Assembly: GCA_016935015.1 (NCBI GenBank)
Contig: JAFGRT010000122.1
Span: 76,310-140,309 of the forward strand
Reading direction: 5' to 3'
DNA length: 64,000 bases
DNA from: Acidobacteriota bacterium
GTDB lineage: Bacteria > Acidobacteriota > JAAYUB01
The stretch's first letter is position 1. The number at the start of each line of letters is the position of its first letter. Positions 18,653 through 28,266 of this stretch are shown here, piece after piece. The translations under genes and the position numbers were made by a program. Below the pieces are notes generated by a model, which saw only the letters and a program-made list of their open reading frames with translations, did no database searches and was not told the origin of the DNA.

Positions 18653-20014
18653 CTAGAATATGGAAAATTTCACTTTCAAATATTTCTTGGGATTCTTGCG
18701 GATGTCATAGACCAGTTTGGCCATTTCGGCCAAGGACTGGCTCAGGTTCTCGTAGAGTTCCTTGTCCTTGAGCAGCATGCCCAGGGTACCCTGTCCCTGA
18801 TCGATCTGTTCCAGAATGGAGCGGATCTTCTCCAGGGAGTGGCGGGTCTCGACGAAGATGGCATCATCCACCGCGAGCTTGCCCAGGGTCCCCTCCCCCT
18901 TGTTGATGCGCTCCACGATGTGATCGATTTTGGTGGTGATGTTCTCCAAATTGTCGTACAGCTCTGCCTCATGAATCAGCTTGTGCATGGTGCCTTCCGA
19001 CTGGTTCAGCTTGCTGATGAACTGCTTGAGTTCCTTGACCGTATCGGTGATCTCGAGGTAGAGTTCCTTGCTGTGGATGATCTGGCCGAGGGTGCCCTCG
19101 CTCTCATGCAGGTCCTTAAGCAAAAGCTCCGCCTGATCGACAGCCTTGTCCAGGCTCTGGACCGTCGCCGTCAGGGAGTCATGGAGAACCGTGTTGTTGA
19201 TCAATTGACCGATGGTACCGTCCCCGGCATCCAGTTTGGTGGTGATACTGCGGACACTTTCCGAGATTTCGCCGAAATTGGCGATGAGATCGTTGGCGCC
19301 CACCATGAGCTGCCGGATGGTGGCTTCATTGACACCTTCAATAAAGATGTGACCTTCGTCCGTTTTCAAGGGTTTCTGCCCGGAACGCCCGATACTGACC
19401 TCCACATACTTGTCCCCCAGCAGACCGATGGAACCGATGCTCACTTCGGAATCTCTCTTGATCCATTCCGTAAAGTCCTCTTCAATTTTCAGCAGCAGGC
19501 GGATGTTCTGCAGGTTGTTCTGACTGATCTTGAGGTCCTGTTCGATTTTTTCGAGTGACAGCCGCAGGGAAGTGAGCCGCTCCCGCTCGTCCTGCAGGGT
19601 AATATTTACGGACTCTGTTTCCCGGCCGCCGGCCGTGGCATATTTCTCCTCCAGTTGCAGCACGCGGTCCTGGACTTCCTGGATCAGCCGCTGATAGCGT
19701 TGGATATTCTCCCGGTAGGTGGTGATTTTTTGCTGGGTTTCGATGTTGGCCCGTGTCTGGGGCAGATCCTGTTCAAGTGTAATCTCCTCCACGTTGCCGA
19801 CTTCGATGCCATTCAGCCACACCGGCGCTCCCGGTTTCAATCCCTCGATCGTGGGCAGATAGGAGACGGCTGTCGCGCGGGGGGCAAACAGTCCCCGGCC
19901 GCCGCTGACCCGGAAAATCATAAACAGCAGGATGGCGAAACTGCCGATTACGAATAATCCGACCCGAAACTCATGCCAACTGAATTTTTTCTTCTTTCTC
20001 TCCGCCAACGTCAT
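18653..20014 (-). CDS. mlaD: MlaD/MCE-family periplasmic substrate-binding protein, atypical (coiled-coil insertion inside the MCE barrel plus five C-terminal helical repeats)
   Basis: N-terminal TM, then an MCE domain (LKPGAPVWLNGIEVGNVEEITLE ... SIGSIGLLGDKYVEVSIG) interrupted by a ~100-aa heptad-rich insertion. Five ~34-aa repeats beginning xEGTLGxL follow. Confidence 0.75.
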   Translation of the reverse strand: MTLAERKKKKFSWHEFRVGLFVIGSFAILLFMIFRVSGGRGLFAPRATAVSYLPTIEGLKPGAPVWLNGIEVGNVEEITLEQDLPQTRANIETQQKITTYRENIQRYQRLIQEVQDRVLQLEEKYATAGGRETESVNITLQDERERLTSLRLSLEKIEQDLKISQNNLQNIRLLLKIEEDFTEWIKRDSEVSIGSIGLLGDKYVEVSIGRSGQKPLKTDEGHIFIEGVNEATIRQLMVGANDLIANFGEISESVRSITTKLDAGDGTIGQLINNTVLHDSLTATVQSLDKAVDQAELLLKDLHESEGTLGQIIHSKELYLEITDTVKELKQFISKLNQSEGTMHKLIHEAELYDNLENITTKIDHIVERINKGEGTLGKLAVDDAIFVETRHSLEKIRSILEQIDQGQGTLGMLLKDKELYENLSQSLAEMAKLVYDIRKNPKKYLKVKFSIF

Positions 20015-20025
20015 CTCCCCTGGTC

Positions 20026-20820
20026 TTACGTTATGAATTCCTGGATGAAGGGATCATCGGCCCCCTTCAGTTCATTGAGATTGCCTTCGAACACGATACC
20101 GCCTTCCTTGAGAACGCTGAAACGGGTATGAATATAGCATACATCGTCCGTTTCGGAACTCAGAAGGACCGTTTCATTGTCGTTATCCAGCCGGGCCGTG
20201 TATGTGGACAGAAAGAATGCGGCGCTCAGGTCGCTGGTAACAACGATGGAAGTGACCCCTTCCAGGTCCCGCAACTTTACCATGAGATCACAGATAGAGC
20301 GCGCCGTGACAGGATCCAGTCCGGATGTCGGCTCATCGTAGATGAGGATGCGGGGGTTGCCCATCAGGGCTCGGGCAATGGCCACCCGGCGGCGCATTCC
20401 GCCCGACAATTCCGAGGGCATCATGTCGATGGTATGCTCTAGCTCAACAAAACTCAGCAATTGAAGGACCCGCTCCTCGATTTCCTCCTCGGACCATCCC
20501 CCCTCATCGTACAGGCGGTAGGCCACATTCTCACGCACTGTCAAAGAATCGAACAGGGCTCCTTCCTGAAAGACCATCCCCACTTTTTGGCGCACCGCCA
20601 TCATCTCGTTTTCGGTCATGCTGGACAGTTCGTGATCGGCCACCACGATCCGGCCGCTGTCGGCACGGACCAGACCGATGATGATTTTCATGAGCGTCGA
20701 TTTCCCCGAACCACTCGAACCAAGCAAGATCAGGCATTCAGCCGGACCGACATCCATGTGGATGTCCCGCAGGATTTGTTCACCGCCGAAACTGATGCTG
20801 ACATCTTCCAGATGAATCAT
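20026..20820 (-). CDS. mlaF: MlaF-type ABC transporter ATP-binding protein
   Basis: Walker A GSSGSGKST, signature LSGGM, Walker B LIYDEPTSGLD, H-loop. Confidence 0.85.
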   Translation of the reverse strand: MIHLEDVSISFGGEQILRDIHMDVGPAECLILLGSSGSGKSTLMKIIIGLVRADSGRIVVADHELSSMTENEMMAVRQKVGMVFQEGALFDSLTVRENVAYRLYDEGGWSEEEIEERVLQLLSFVELEHTIDMMPSELSGGMRRRVAIARALMGNPRILIYDEPTSGLDPVTARSICDLMVKLRDLEGVTSIVVTSDLSAAFFLSTYTARLDNDNETVLLSSETDDVCYIHTRFSVLKEGGIVFEGNLNELKGADDPFIQEFIT

Positions 20821-20824
20821 ACCC

Positions 20825-21589
20825 TTACCCGGTCAACTCGATGATCAGTTTGTTGAGGAAAAAATCGGAAATGATCACCATGATGGAGGCCGCCACCACC
20901 GCCTGGGTGGTGGATTTGCCGACACCCTGGGTCCCCCCCCAGGTTTCCAGCCCTTTGTAACAGCCGACCATGGAGACGATAAAACCGAATACCAACGGCT
21001 TGGTGAGCCCGCCGATGAGATCGTCATAGGTGATGGAATCAAAAGCCACCGACCAGTATAGGGATGAGCGCAGCTTGAGTTCGTAGAGAGACACCAACCA
21101 ACCGCCGATCAGGCCGAAAAAATCGCAGATGGCCGTCAGCAGGGGGCACATGGTCACGGTAGCCATCATCCGCGGTGTTACCAGTTTTTTTGTCGGATCG
21201 GTGCCCAGGGCGCGCATGGCGTTGATCTGGTCCGTGACGACCATGGAGCCCAGTTCCGAAGCGATACCGGAGCCGATCCGGCCCGCCAGCATCAGCGCCG
21301 TCAGCACCGGACCCAGCTCCCGGACCAGACTGACGGCCACCAGCTGCCCGGTGAGACCGACCGCCCCGAAAGACCGCAACGAGGCCGCCGACTGTAAGGC
21401 CAGCACGGCGCCGGTGAAAAATCCGGTCAGCAGAATGATCGTCAGGGATCCGACGCCGATGATATCCATCTGCTCGAAGGTATCCCGGATGTAGCGCGGC
21501 CGCCGGAAAAGATTGGCGATGGCACGGGTGCTCAACAGGGTAAATTTCTGGATTTGAATCAGTCCGGTGACGATAGCGTTTGCCAACAT
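20825..21589 (-). CDS. mlaE: MlaE-type ABC transporter permease
   Basis: 254-aa polytopic membrane protein of MlaE length and topology, directly upstream of mlaF and mlaD. Confidence 0.8.
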   Translation of the reverse strand: MLANAIVTGLIQIQKFTLLSTRAIANLFRRPRYIRDTFEQMDIIGVGSLTIILLTGFFTGAVLALQSAASLRSFGAVGLTGQLVAVSLVRELGPVLTALMLAGRIGSGIASELGSMVVTDQINAMRALGTDPTKKLVTPRMMATVTMCPLLTAICDFFGLIGGWLVSLYELKLRSSLYWSVAFDSITYDDLIGGLTKPLVFGFIVSMVGCYKGLETWGGTQGVGKSTTQAVVAASIMVIISDFFLNKLIIELTG

Positions 21590-21685
21590 ATTTTTTCTTC
21601 AGAACCTGTTTTGGTTTAGGGCTGTCATGATACACTTTTTACACCACGCCTGCCAAGGAGATAATGCAGAGGCCTTTCAATCTCG

Positions 21686-22570
21686 CTACTCCCGGGGATG
21701 GTATTTCCGATAGATCTCCTGCAAACGGGTTTGGGTGACGAACGTATAGATTTGGGTAGTGGAAATGTCGGCATGGCCGAGCATCCATTGCACCGACCGC
21801 AGATCAGCGCCGTTTTCCAGCAAATGGGTGGCGAAAGAATGACGCAACAGGTGCGGTGTAATGCTTTGCCGGATCCCGGCGGCAACGCCGTACGCCTTGA
21901 TGATCTTCCAGAAACCCTGCCGGGTCATCTTCTGTCCGCTCCGGTTAACGAACAACCAATCAAGGGCCTTCTTGAGCATCAGGTTGCGTCCGTCACGCAA
22001 GTAAAGCCCGATCCAGGCCTGGGCCTCCTCGCCGATGGGGATGATGCGCTCCTTGCCGCCCTTGCCGAGGCAGATCAGGTACCCAATCTCCTGATTCAGG
22101 TCCGTGACTCTGACACGGACCAGTTCGGACACCCGTAAACCGGTGGCATACAGAAGTTCCAGCATCGCCTTGTCCCGGAGGCCGGCCGCTTTTCCGGTAT
22201 CCGGTTGGACCAGCAATCGCTCCACTTCACCTTGCGAGAGATACTTCGGCAACGCCCGCCATCTCTGTGGGGCTTCCAGCAACTCCGCCGGGTCTTTCCG
22301 GATGTGGCCGTCCATCAGCAGATATTTGTAGAATCCCTTGATGGCCGAAATATGCCGGGCAATGGAAGACGGCTTGTAATGATCGAGATAAAATGTCTTG
22401 AGGTAAACCAGCAGGTTTTCGCGCGCCACACCCAGGGGATCCAGTCCATTCCGCACCAGATAGTCTTGAAACCGGGCCAAATCCCGGCCGTAAGCCGCCA
22501 GGGAGTTTTCGCTGAGTCCTTTCTCCACCAGCAGATAATTCAGATATTCAGCGATATGATCGCGACTCAT
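21686..22570 (-). CDS. Tyrosine site-specific recombinase XerC/XerD
   Basis: Catalytic R...HxxR...Y motifs (LRHSFATHLLENGADLRSVQWMLGHADISTTQIYT). Confidence 0.85.
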   Translation of the reverse strand: MSRDHIAEYLNYLLVEKGLSENSLAAYGRDLARFQDYLVRNGLDPLGVARENLLVYLKTFYLDHYKPSSIARHISAIKGFYKYLLMDGHIRKDPAELLEAPQRWRALPKYLSQGEVERLLVQPDTGKAAGLRDKAMLELLYATGLRVSELVRVRVTDLNQEIGYLICLGKGGKERIIPIGEEAQAWIGLYLRDGRNLMLKKALDWLFVNRSGQKMTRQGFWKIIKAYGVAAGIRQSITPHLLRHSFATHLLENGADLRSVQWMLGHADISTTQIYTFVTQTRLQEIYRKYHPRE

Positions 22571-23205
22571 CCGATGTCTCTGAAAAATGGATTCTGTTCC
22601 TTTTCCCGCCCCACGGTGGTCGAAGGGCCATGGCCGGGAAAGAGCTCGACATCGTCGGGCAGGGGCAGGATCTTTTCGCGAATGGATTCGAGCAAGGTGT
22701 CATAATCACCACCCGGCAGGTCGGTTCGTCCCACGCTGCCTCTGAACACCGTGTCCCCTGCAAAGCAGGCCACGTCGGCCAGCAGACAACAGCCGCCGGG
22801 CGTATGACCGGGTGTATGCAGCACCTGGATCTCCACCTGGCCGACCATGACCGTGTCGCCGTCCCGCAGCAGGCGTTCCGGCGGCGGGGACGGCCGGGCG
22901 TTCAGGACAGGCGCCAACCCGAAGATATCTTCGCTCTTCAGCAGAGGCTCATCCAGGGCATGGAGGAGGACCGGAATCCGGAAATGGTCTGCAATATCCG
23001 AATTCCCGGCCACATGGTCGATATGACCATGGGTATTGATAATCATCGCCGGACGCCAGCCCCGCGCTTCGATCTCGCCGATGATACGGCCGGCTTCGGC
23101 ACCGGGGTCAATCACGGCCGCCACCCCGGTCTCCCGGCAGCAAAGGACATAGCAATTGACTTCCAGCGGACCAATGACCAGCCGCAGCATGTCAAAATTT
23201 TTCAT
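22567..23205 (-). CDS. MBL-fold metallo-hydrolase (glyoxalase II-like)
   Basis: HxHxDH motif (THGHIDHVAGN) plus downstream His/Asp ligands. 4-nt overlap with xer. Confidence 0.8.
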   Translation of the reverse strand: MKNFDMLRLVIGPLEVNCYVLCCRETGVAAVIDPGAEAGRIIGEIEARGWRPAMIINTHGHIDHVAGNSDIADHFRIPVLLHALDEPLLKSEDIFGLAPVLNARPSPPPERLLRDGDTVMVGQVEIQVLHTPGHTPGGCCLLADVACFAGDTVFRGSVGRTDLPGGDYDTLLESIREKILPLPDDVELFPGHGPSTTVGREKEQNPFFRDIG

Positions 23206-23226
23206 CAGCGGAATCTACCTTTTTTA

Positions 23227-25125
23227 TTATTTTTTTGAAGGGATCAGGCCGCGCACGATCGTACCCTTTTCAGGATTGATCGTGTGATCCAGCTTCCCCT
23301 CATGGCGGGCGTACACCTTTTGCAAAAGCAGATACTGAAATTCCTTGGCGAAGAGCGTCTCCAGCCGTTCACAGACGGCCTTGTCCAGCTTGTCCTCGGG
23401 TGTGTACCGGATCACGACCTGAATGGACCCGCCCTTGTGCTGCACATCGAGCAGCATCTTTCCTCCGGCGAGAAAATCAAGCAGCCGCAAGATAAACTGC
23501 TGCAGCGCCTGGGACATGATGGCCGGATCGATTTTCAGGACGTTCACATTCGGATCATGGTTGAACTCCACCCCGGTTTTCTTGGACAGCAGTTTGGATT
23601 TAAGGGGGGCCAGGACTTTTTCAAAAAACGGACCTGCCTGAATTTCCCTGATTTGCAGGGGATAATCCTTGTCGGTGATGACCTGAATAAGATCGAACTT
23701 CTGGAGAATCGATTCCAGGCGGTCCGTTTCCACCAGACAGTTCCGGACCCATTCCTGGCTGTTCGTTCCGGCTCCCGCGCCCGTCTCCTGGGTCATTCGC
23801 AGAAAACCGCGCAAATTGGTCAGGCTGACTTTCGCCCCCTGCACCAGCGAAAAGATGGAATTGAAACTGGCCATTTCCTGCAAAGCCTGCTGTTGGTGCA
23901 GCGCCATGTCTTTCTCCGCCAATTTTTCGGTCAGACTTTTAATTTCATCGCGTATTTTTTTCAGGGACCGCCGTTGATCCAGCTCCTGAAGCTCGAGGCG
24001 ATTGCGGGCTTTCATCATCAGGGAGGTCAGATCGGCCATCAGGAGCAGGGTTTCCAGTTCGAGAGGTCCAAAAGGGTGCGGCTCGGCGCATTCAAACACC
24101 AGATGCCCGGCGGGCGCTTCATCCAGCAGCAGCGGCAAAAGGAGAACGGCATTGATCCGTTCGTTATCCGGCTCAACAGAATATGCCTCGCGGAGAGCAT
24201 CCCGGGTGGCGGCGTACAGGAAACGCTCGCCTGCTTCAAACCGCCGGGCCAGTATCGGGAATAGACGATGAATCAGCTGGGAATCCAATAATTTGCCTTT
24301 TTTCAATTCGGGCAACGACTCCGGTGATTCGGAGGTGAGCGCAGCGACGTTCATCTGCACGAAGTGTTCACTGAAGAAACGGTGGAGATTTTCCAGCAGA
24401 GAATCGCAGTCTTCCTGGCTGCTGATTTCCACCAGATAGGTGGACAGCATCCGCGTCCGGTTGTTCAGTAGGCCGATTTCACTCTGCAACAGCTTGAATC
24501 TCACCAGAGACTCGAACATATGCCCCAGTTGGCGGATATCCGCTTCCGTTTCCGGGTCTGGACTCTTTTCCTGAAAGACCATCAATCCCCCCTGAATTTC
24601 CGCCTCTTTGACGAAGGGATAGATCGTCATCAACGGCAGATTCTCCGCCGGCTGGTTGGCCATCATAGCCGGAAAATCAGCCACGCGAACCGTTTGCAGC
24701 TTCCCGCGTGTCCTCGATTCACCGGTGAAAATATTCTCCAGCTGATCCATCGTGGCGGCGGGATCGAGGCAGCTCTCGGGATATGGAAAATGATGATCCG
24801 ATTGGCTGAATTTGTCCCGAAAAATCAGGGCAACGGCCTTCCATTGCAGCCAACTGCAGATTTCATCCAGCAGCAGGCGGAGTTGCTGGACGGATTCCGC
24901 GGGATCGGCTATGGCCGCCATGGTCTTGGCACGGAACGTCTGCTGGCGTGAATTCTCTTCATTCAACTGTCGCTGTTTCTTTTCGTTTAGCGTCAACTCC
25001 TGTTTGAGCCACCGGTTCTTGCGCAAAAAAACCATGAACAGGAAGAAAAAAACGACGATCAGCAACAGCCCCAGTAAAAGAAAATAATCAAAAATACTTA
25101 AAGACATCATGGTTGCAATGTTCAT
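23227..25125 (-). CDS. Membrane-anchored GAF-domain sensor with a degenerate histidine-kinase-like C-terminus
   Basis: N-terminal TM, central GAF-like regions, and a C-terminal HATPase-like remnant. No clear H-box, N box or G boxes. Confidence 0.45.
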   Translation of the reverse strand: MNIATMMSLSIFDYFLLLGLLLIVVFFFLFMVFLRKNRWLKQELTLNEKKQRQLNEENSRQQTFRAKTMAAIADPAESVQQLRLLLDEICSWLQWKAVALIFRDKFSQSDHHFPYPESCLDPAATMDQLENIFTGESRTRGKLQTVRVADFPAMMANQPAENLPLMTIYPFVKEAEIQGGLMVFQEKSPDPETEADIRQLGHMFESLVRFKLLQSEIGLLNNRTRMLSTYLVEISSQEDCDSLLENLHRFFSEHFVQMNVAALTSESPESLPELKKGKLLDSQLIHRLFPILARRFEAGERFLYAATRDALREAYSVEPDNERINAVLLLPLLLDEAPAGHLVFECAEPHPFGPLELETLLLMADLTSLMMKARNRLELQELDQRRSLKKIRDEIKSLTEKLAEKDMALHQQQALQEMASFNSIFSLVQGAKVSLTNLRGFLRMTQETGAGAGTNSQEWVRNCLVETDRLESILQKFDLIQVITDKDYPLQIREIQAGPFFEKVLAPLKSKLLSKKTGVEFNHDPNVNVLKIDPAIMSQALQQFILRLLDFLAGGKMLLDVQHKGGSIQVVIRYTPEDKLDKAVCERLETLFAKEFQYLLLQKVYARHEGKLDHTINPEKGTIVRGLIPSKK

Positions 25126-25313
25126 TTCCCCCCTCCACTCCTTAGCCTTTTATTGGATACCGGCGATCGATGATCTGGATTGATTGATGTAAACGCTTTT
25201 TCTAGAAGTATTTTGACATATAACGGCCGTCGCTGTCAAACTTAAAGTTTTGCTTGCAAAGTATCCAAAAATCAATTATTTTTCTTACCCTGATATTGGT
25301 GAAGGTAAGATTC

Positions 25314-26018
25314 ATGCTAACCGAGAAAATCGGTCAAGGTGGGAAGTGGCTGCTGGATCGTCTGGTCGCCCTGCTCAGTGCCCTGCGGATCAACCCGAAC
25401 TTCCTGACCTTGCTCGGCTTTGTGATCAATATATTTGCGGCCTATTGCCTGGCCTACGGCCAGTTTCTCCTGGCGGCGGCGGTGATCTTTCTGGCCGGCG
25501 CCATGGACATGCTGGACGGCGCCGTCGCCCGCGTCACCCATACCGACTCCCCTTTCGGCGCCTTTTTTGACAGTGTCATCGACCGGTATTCGGACATCAC
25601 CCTCTATCTGGGCCTGATCATCTATTTCGGCCGGGCAGACCGCATGGAGTACGTCGTGTTGGTGGGCATCTGCATCATGGGCTCCATGATGACCAGCTAC
25701 ACCCGGGCCCGGGCCGAAAGTCTCATCGATGCCTGTAAGGTCGGTTTTCTGGAGCGTCCGGAGCGGGTGGTGCTGCTGATCATCGGCACCATCTTCAACC
25801 GGGTGGAACACGTGCTCTGGGTCATCGCCATTCTGTCCAACTGGACGGTCATCAGCCGCATTTTCTACACCCACCGCGAACTCGGCAAGGTAAATATCTT
25901 CCTGCCCATGCAGCATACACCATCCCCCGCCCCGCCGGCTGCCGGAGATGAGACGGTGGCTGCGGCCGAGCTGCCCTCGGGCGATGAGGAGCCAGGACAT
26001 TCATCCAGTGACGAATAA
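25314..26018 (+). CDS. CDP-alcohol phosphatidyltransferase family protein
   Basis: D-G-x2-A-R ... G-x3-D-x3-D motif (DMLDGAVARVTHTDSPFGAFFDSVIDRYSD). The start was trimmed to MLTEKIG. Confidence 0.75.
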   Translation: MLTEKIGQGGKWLLDRLVALLSALRINPNFLTLLGFVINIFAAYCLAYGQFLLAAAVIFLAGAMDMLDGAVARVTHTDSPFGAFFDSVIDRYSDITLYLGLIIYFGRADRMEYVVLVGICIMGSMMTSYTRARAESLIDACKVGFLERPERVVLLIIGTIFNRVEHVLWVIAILSNWTVISRIFYTHRELGKVNIFLPMQHTPSPAPPAAGDETVAAAELPSGDEEPGHSSSDE

Positions 26019-26028
26019 CCCCGGCGTT

Positions 26029-27252
26029 TCATTTTTTCCCACCGACCGTTCGTCTTAGTAGATCACCCGACGCAACCGGAATATCGGGCCGAACCCAGAC
26101 CGTGAGTCCGGAATGGGCTTTTTCCGTCCATTCCCCGCGGTGATTGCGGATGGTTTCCAGGCGCACGGTCCGTAGGCCATCCGGCCGAAAGACTTCCAGC
26201 CGTTCCCGCCGGTCGAAGGTATTTTTTACATGAAGTTCCACGCCGTCGGCCTGTCTTTCGCCGAACAATCCGCAAAAAACGGCACTCTCCCCGTCCGGGG
26301 GCAGCATGTTTGCGATTTCGGTCAAATCCGTCGCCCCTGTCAGAAAGCCGGTGGTATAGCCCCGGTTGGGCAATCGGCACAACTCCTCCTCCCATTTGGA
26401 TTTCATGACGGGCCAGGTGCGGGGGGCGTGCTGGAGGCTGTCCAGGGCCTGCCGATAAACCGCCGTCGTCACTGCCGTATAATAAACGGATTTCATGCGC
26501 CCCTCGATTTTCAGCGCCCGGGGGCCGGCTGTCACGAGTTCCGGCAGCACGGGCAGAGCCCACAGGTCCCGGCTCGAAAAGATACGGGTGTAGTCGGGCC
26601 CCTCGTCCACTTCGTACCATTCACCCTGCCGGCTTTCTTCCGTCACGCGGTAACGCCAGCGGCAGCTATGCGCGCATTCCCCCTGGTTGGCGTCCCGTCC
26701 GGCCAGATATGTGCTCAGGAAGCAGCGGCCGGAGTAAGCCATGCACTGGGCACCGTGAATGAATACTTCCAGCTCGCCGTCGGGCACGGCCCTGCACAAC
26801 CGGCGGATCTGGGCGATGGACAATTCGCGCGCCAGGATGATCCGGCGGACACCCTGACGAAACCAGAAAGCCGCCGCCGCGGAGCTGAGCGTATTGGCCT
26901 GGGTGGAGAGATGAATATCGGTCCCCGGCAGGAGTTCCCCAACCAGATCCAGAACGCCAGGGTCGGACACGATCACCGCATCCACTCCCACATGCCCGAT
27001 TTCCTTCAGGCCTAACCGCAGTGCATGCCAGTCGTCGTCGGTCGGGAAGATATTGGCTGCCAGGTAGACTTTTCTCCCACGAACATGAGCCGTATCCACC
27101 AGATGGGTCAGTTCGGCCACTGACACGCCTTCCGCTTGCCGGCGCAGGTTGAAACCCGGCAAACCGCAGTAGACGGCGTCGGCACCGAAATGGAGTGCCG
27201 TCAGTCCTTTGGCCAGCGTTCCAGCCGGGCTGAGAAGCTCGACGGCTGACAT
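26029..27252 (-). CDS. Peptidase U32 family protein (collagenase-like / RlhA-YegQ family)
   Basis: U32 signature region (E-x-F-x-H-G-A-x-C-x-A-x-S-G-x-C: EVFIHGAQCMAYSGRC). The start ATG overlaps the mltG stop by 1 nt (TGATG). Confidence 0.75.
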   Translation of the reverse strand: MSAVELLSPAGTLAKGLTALHFGADAVYCGLPGFNLRRQAEGVSVAELTHLVDTAHVRGRKVYLAANIFPTDDDWHALRLGLKEIGHVGVDAVIVSDPGVLDLVGELLPGTDIHLSTQANTLSSAAAAFWFRQGVRRIILARELSIAQIRRLCRAVPDGELEVFIHGAQCMAYSGRCFLSTYLAGRDANQGECAHSCRWRYRVTEESRQGEWYEVDEGPDYTRIFSSRDLWALPVLPELVTAGPRALKIEGRMKSVYYTAVTTAVYRQALDSLQHAPRTWPVMKSKWEEELCRLPNRGYTTGFLTGATDLTEIANMLPPDGESAVFCGLFGERQADGVELHVKNTFDRRERLEVFRPDGLRTVRLETIRNHRGEWTEKAHSGLTVWVRPDIPVASGDLLRRTVGGKK

Positions 27253-28238
27253 CACTGCCATCGCTGATATTGCTGGACGGCCCGATTGTGGGTCTCCAGA
27301 TCCGCCGAGAAAAGGTGGCGTCCGTTGTTCATGGACACGAAGTAGAGGTAGCGGGTCCGAGGCGGTTGCAGGACCGCCCGCACCGCCGACAGACCCGGAT
27401 TGCAGATGGGGCCGGGGGGCAATCCGGGGGAGGCATAGGTATTGTAAGGCGATTCGCGACGCAGATCGCTGACATTGACCTTGCCGTCCCACCGTCCCTT
27501 GGCCAGCCATTCGGCGTAGATCACCGTCGGATCGCACTGCAGTTTCATCCCCTTGGCCAGCCGGTTATAAAAAACGGACGCGATGAGAGGCTGTTCCTCC
27601 CGAACGCCGCTCTCTTTCTCCACCAGGGAGGCCAGGGTGACGATTTCTTGCAGACTGAGTTTCGGGGCGGCGGCGGTGATTTCCGGCCAGACCAGGTCAT
27701 CGAAGCGCTGCCGCATGGTCCGGACGATTTGACGTTCATCGTAGTCCAGCGGAAAGGAATAGGTGTCGGGGAAAAGATATCCTTCCAGAGTTTGAGATTC
27801 TTCGGCATACTCGGGTATCAGGGATCGATCCTCGAACAGCCGCATGTATTCCTCGTAGTTCCCCAAACCCTCGGCCGCCAAATGACGGAAGCAGCGTGAC
27901 GCCGTCCAGCCCTCGGGGAAAGTCATCTTCAGGGTGGCAATACGCCCTTCCACCAGAATCTTCGCCACTTCCTGCATGGTCAGGGGTTCGGAAAAATTGT
28001 ACGCCCCGGCCTTGACCTGATGGGCCATCCGGTTGAGGCGGAGATAGTAGACAAAAAGTTCCTGCTCGGCGATGACCCCCTGCTCTTCGAGTAGCTCGGC
28101 GATAGCCGGCGCACGCATGCCCTGCAGGATCAGCAGTCGACGATCGGGTGCCAGATATCCCTGATAGGGCGTGCTCACCGTCAGGCGAATCCAGTGTGCC
28201 CATCGGGCCGAAGGGAACGCTCCGGCCAGAAGGACCAC
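27252..28238 (-). CDS. mltG: Endolytic murein transglycosylase MltG (YceG-like); the true start probably lies upstream, up to ~28292, to include the TM anchor
   Basis: YceG domain (LPPGPICNPG, EKESG). The track ORF begins at GTG 28238, but the in-frame upstream reading RLGLILLAVVLLAGAF forms the expected N-terminal TM helix. Confidence 0.75.
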   Translation of the reverse strand: MVLLAGAFPSARWAHWIRLTVSTPYQGYLAPDRRLLILQGMRAPAIAELLEEQGVIAEQELFVYYLRLNRMAHQVKAGAYNFSEPLTMQEVAKILVEGRIATLKMTFPEGWTASRCFRHLAAEGLGNYEEYMRLFEDRSLIPEYAEESQTLEGYLFPDTYSFPLDYDERQIVRTMRQRFDDLVWPEITAAAPKLSLQEIVTLASLVEKESGVREEQPLIASVFYNRLAKGMKLQCDPTVIYAEWLAKGRWDGKVNVSDLRRESPYNTYASPGLPPGPICNPGLSAVRAVLQPPRTRYLYFVSMNNGRHLFSADLETHNRAVQQYQRWQ

Positions 28239-28266
28239 CGCAAGCAGGATAAGGCCGAGCCGTTTA

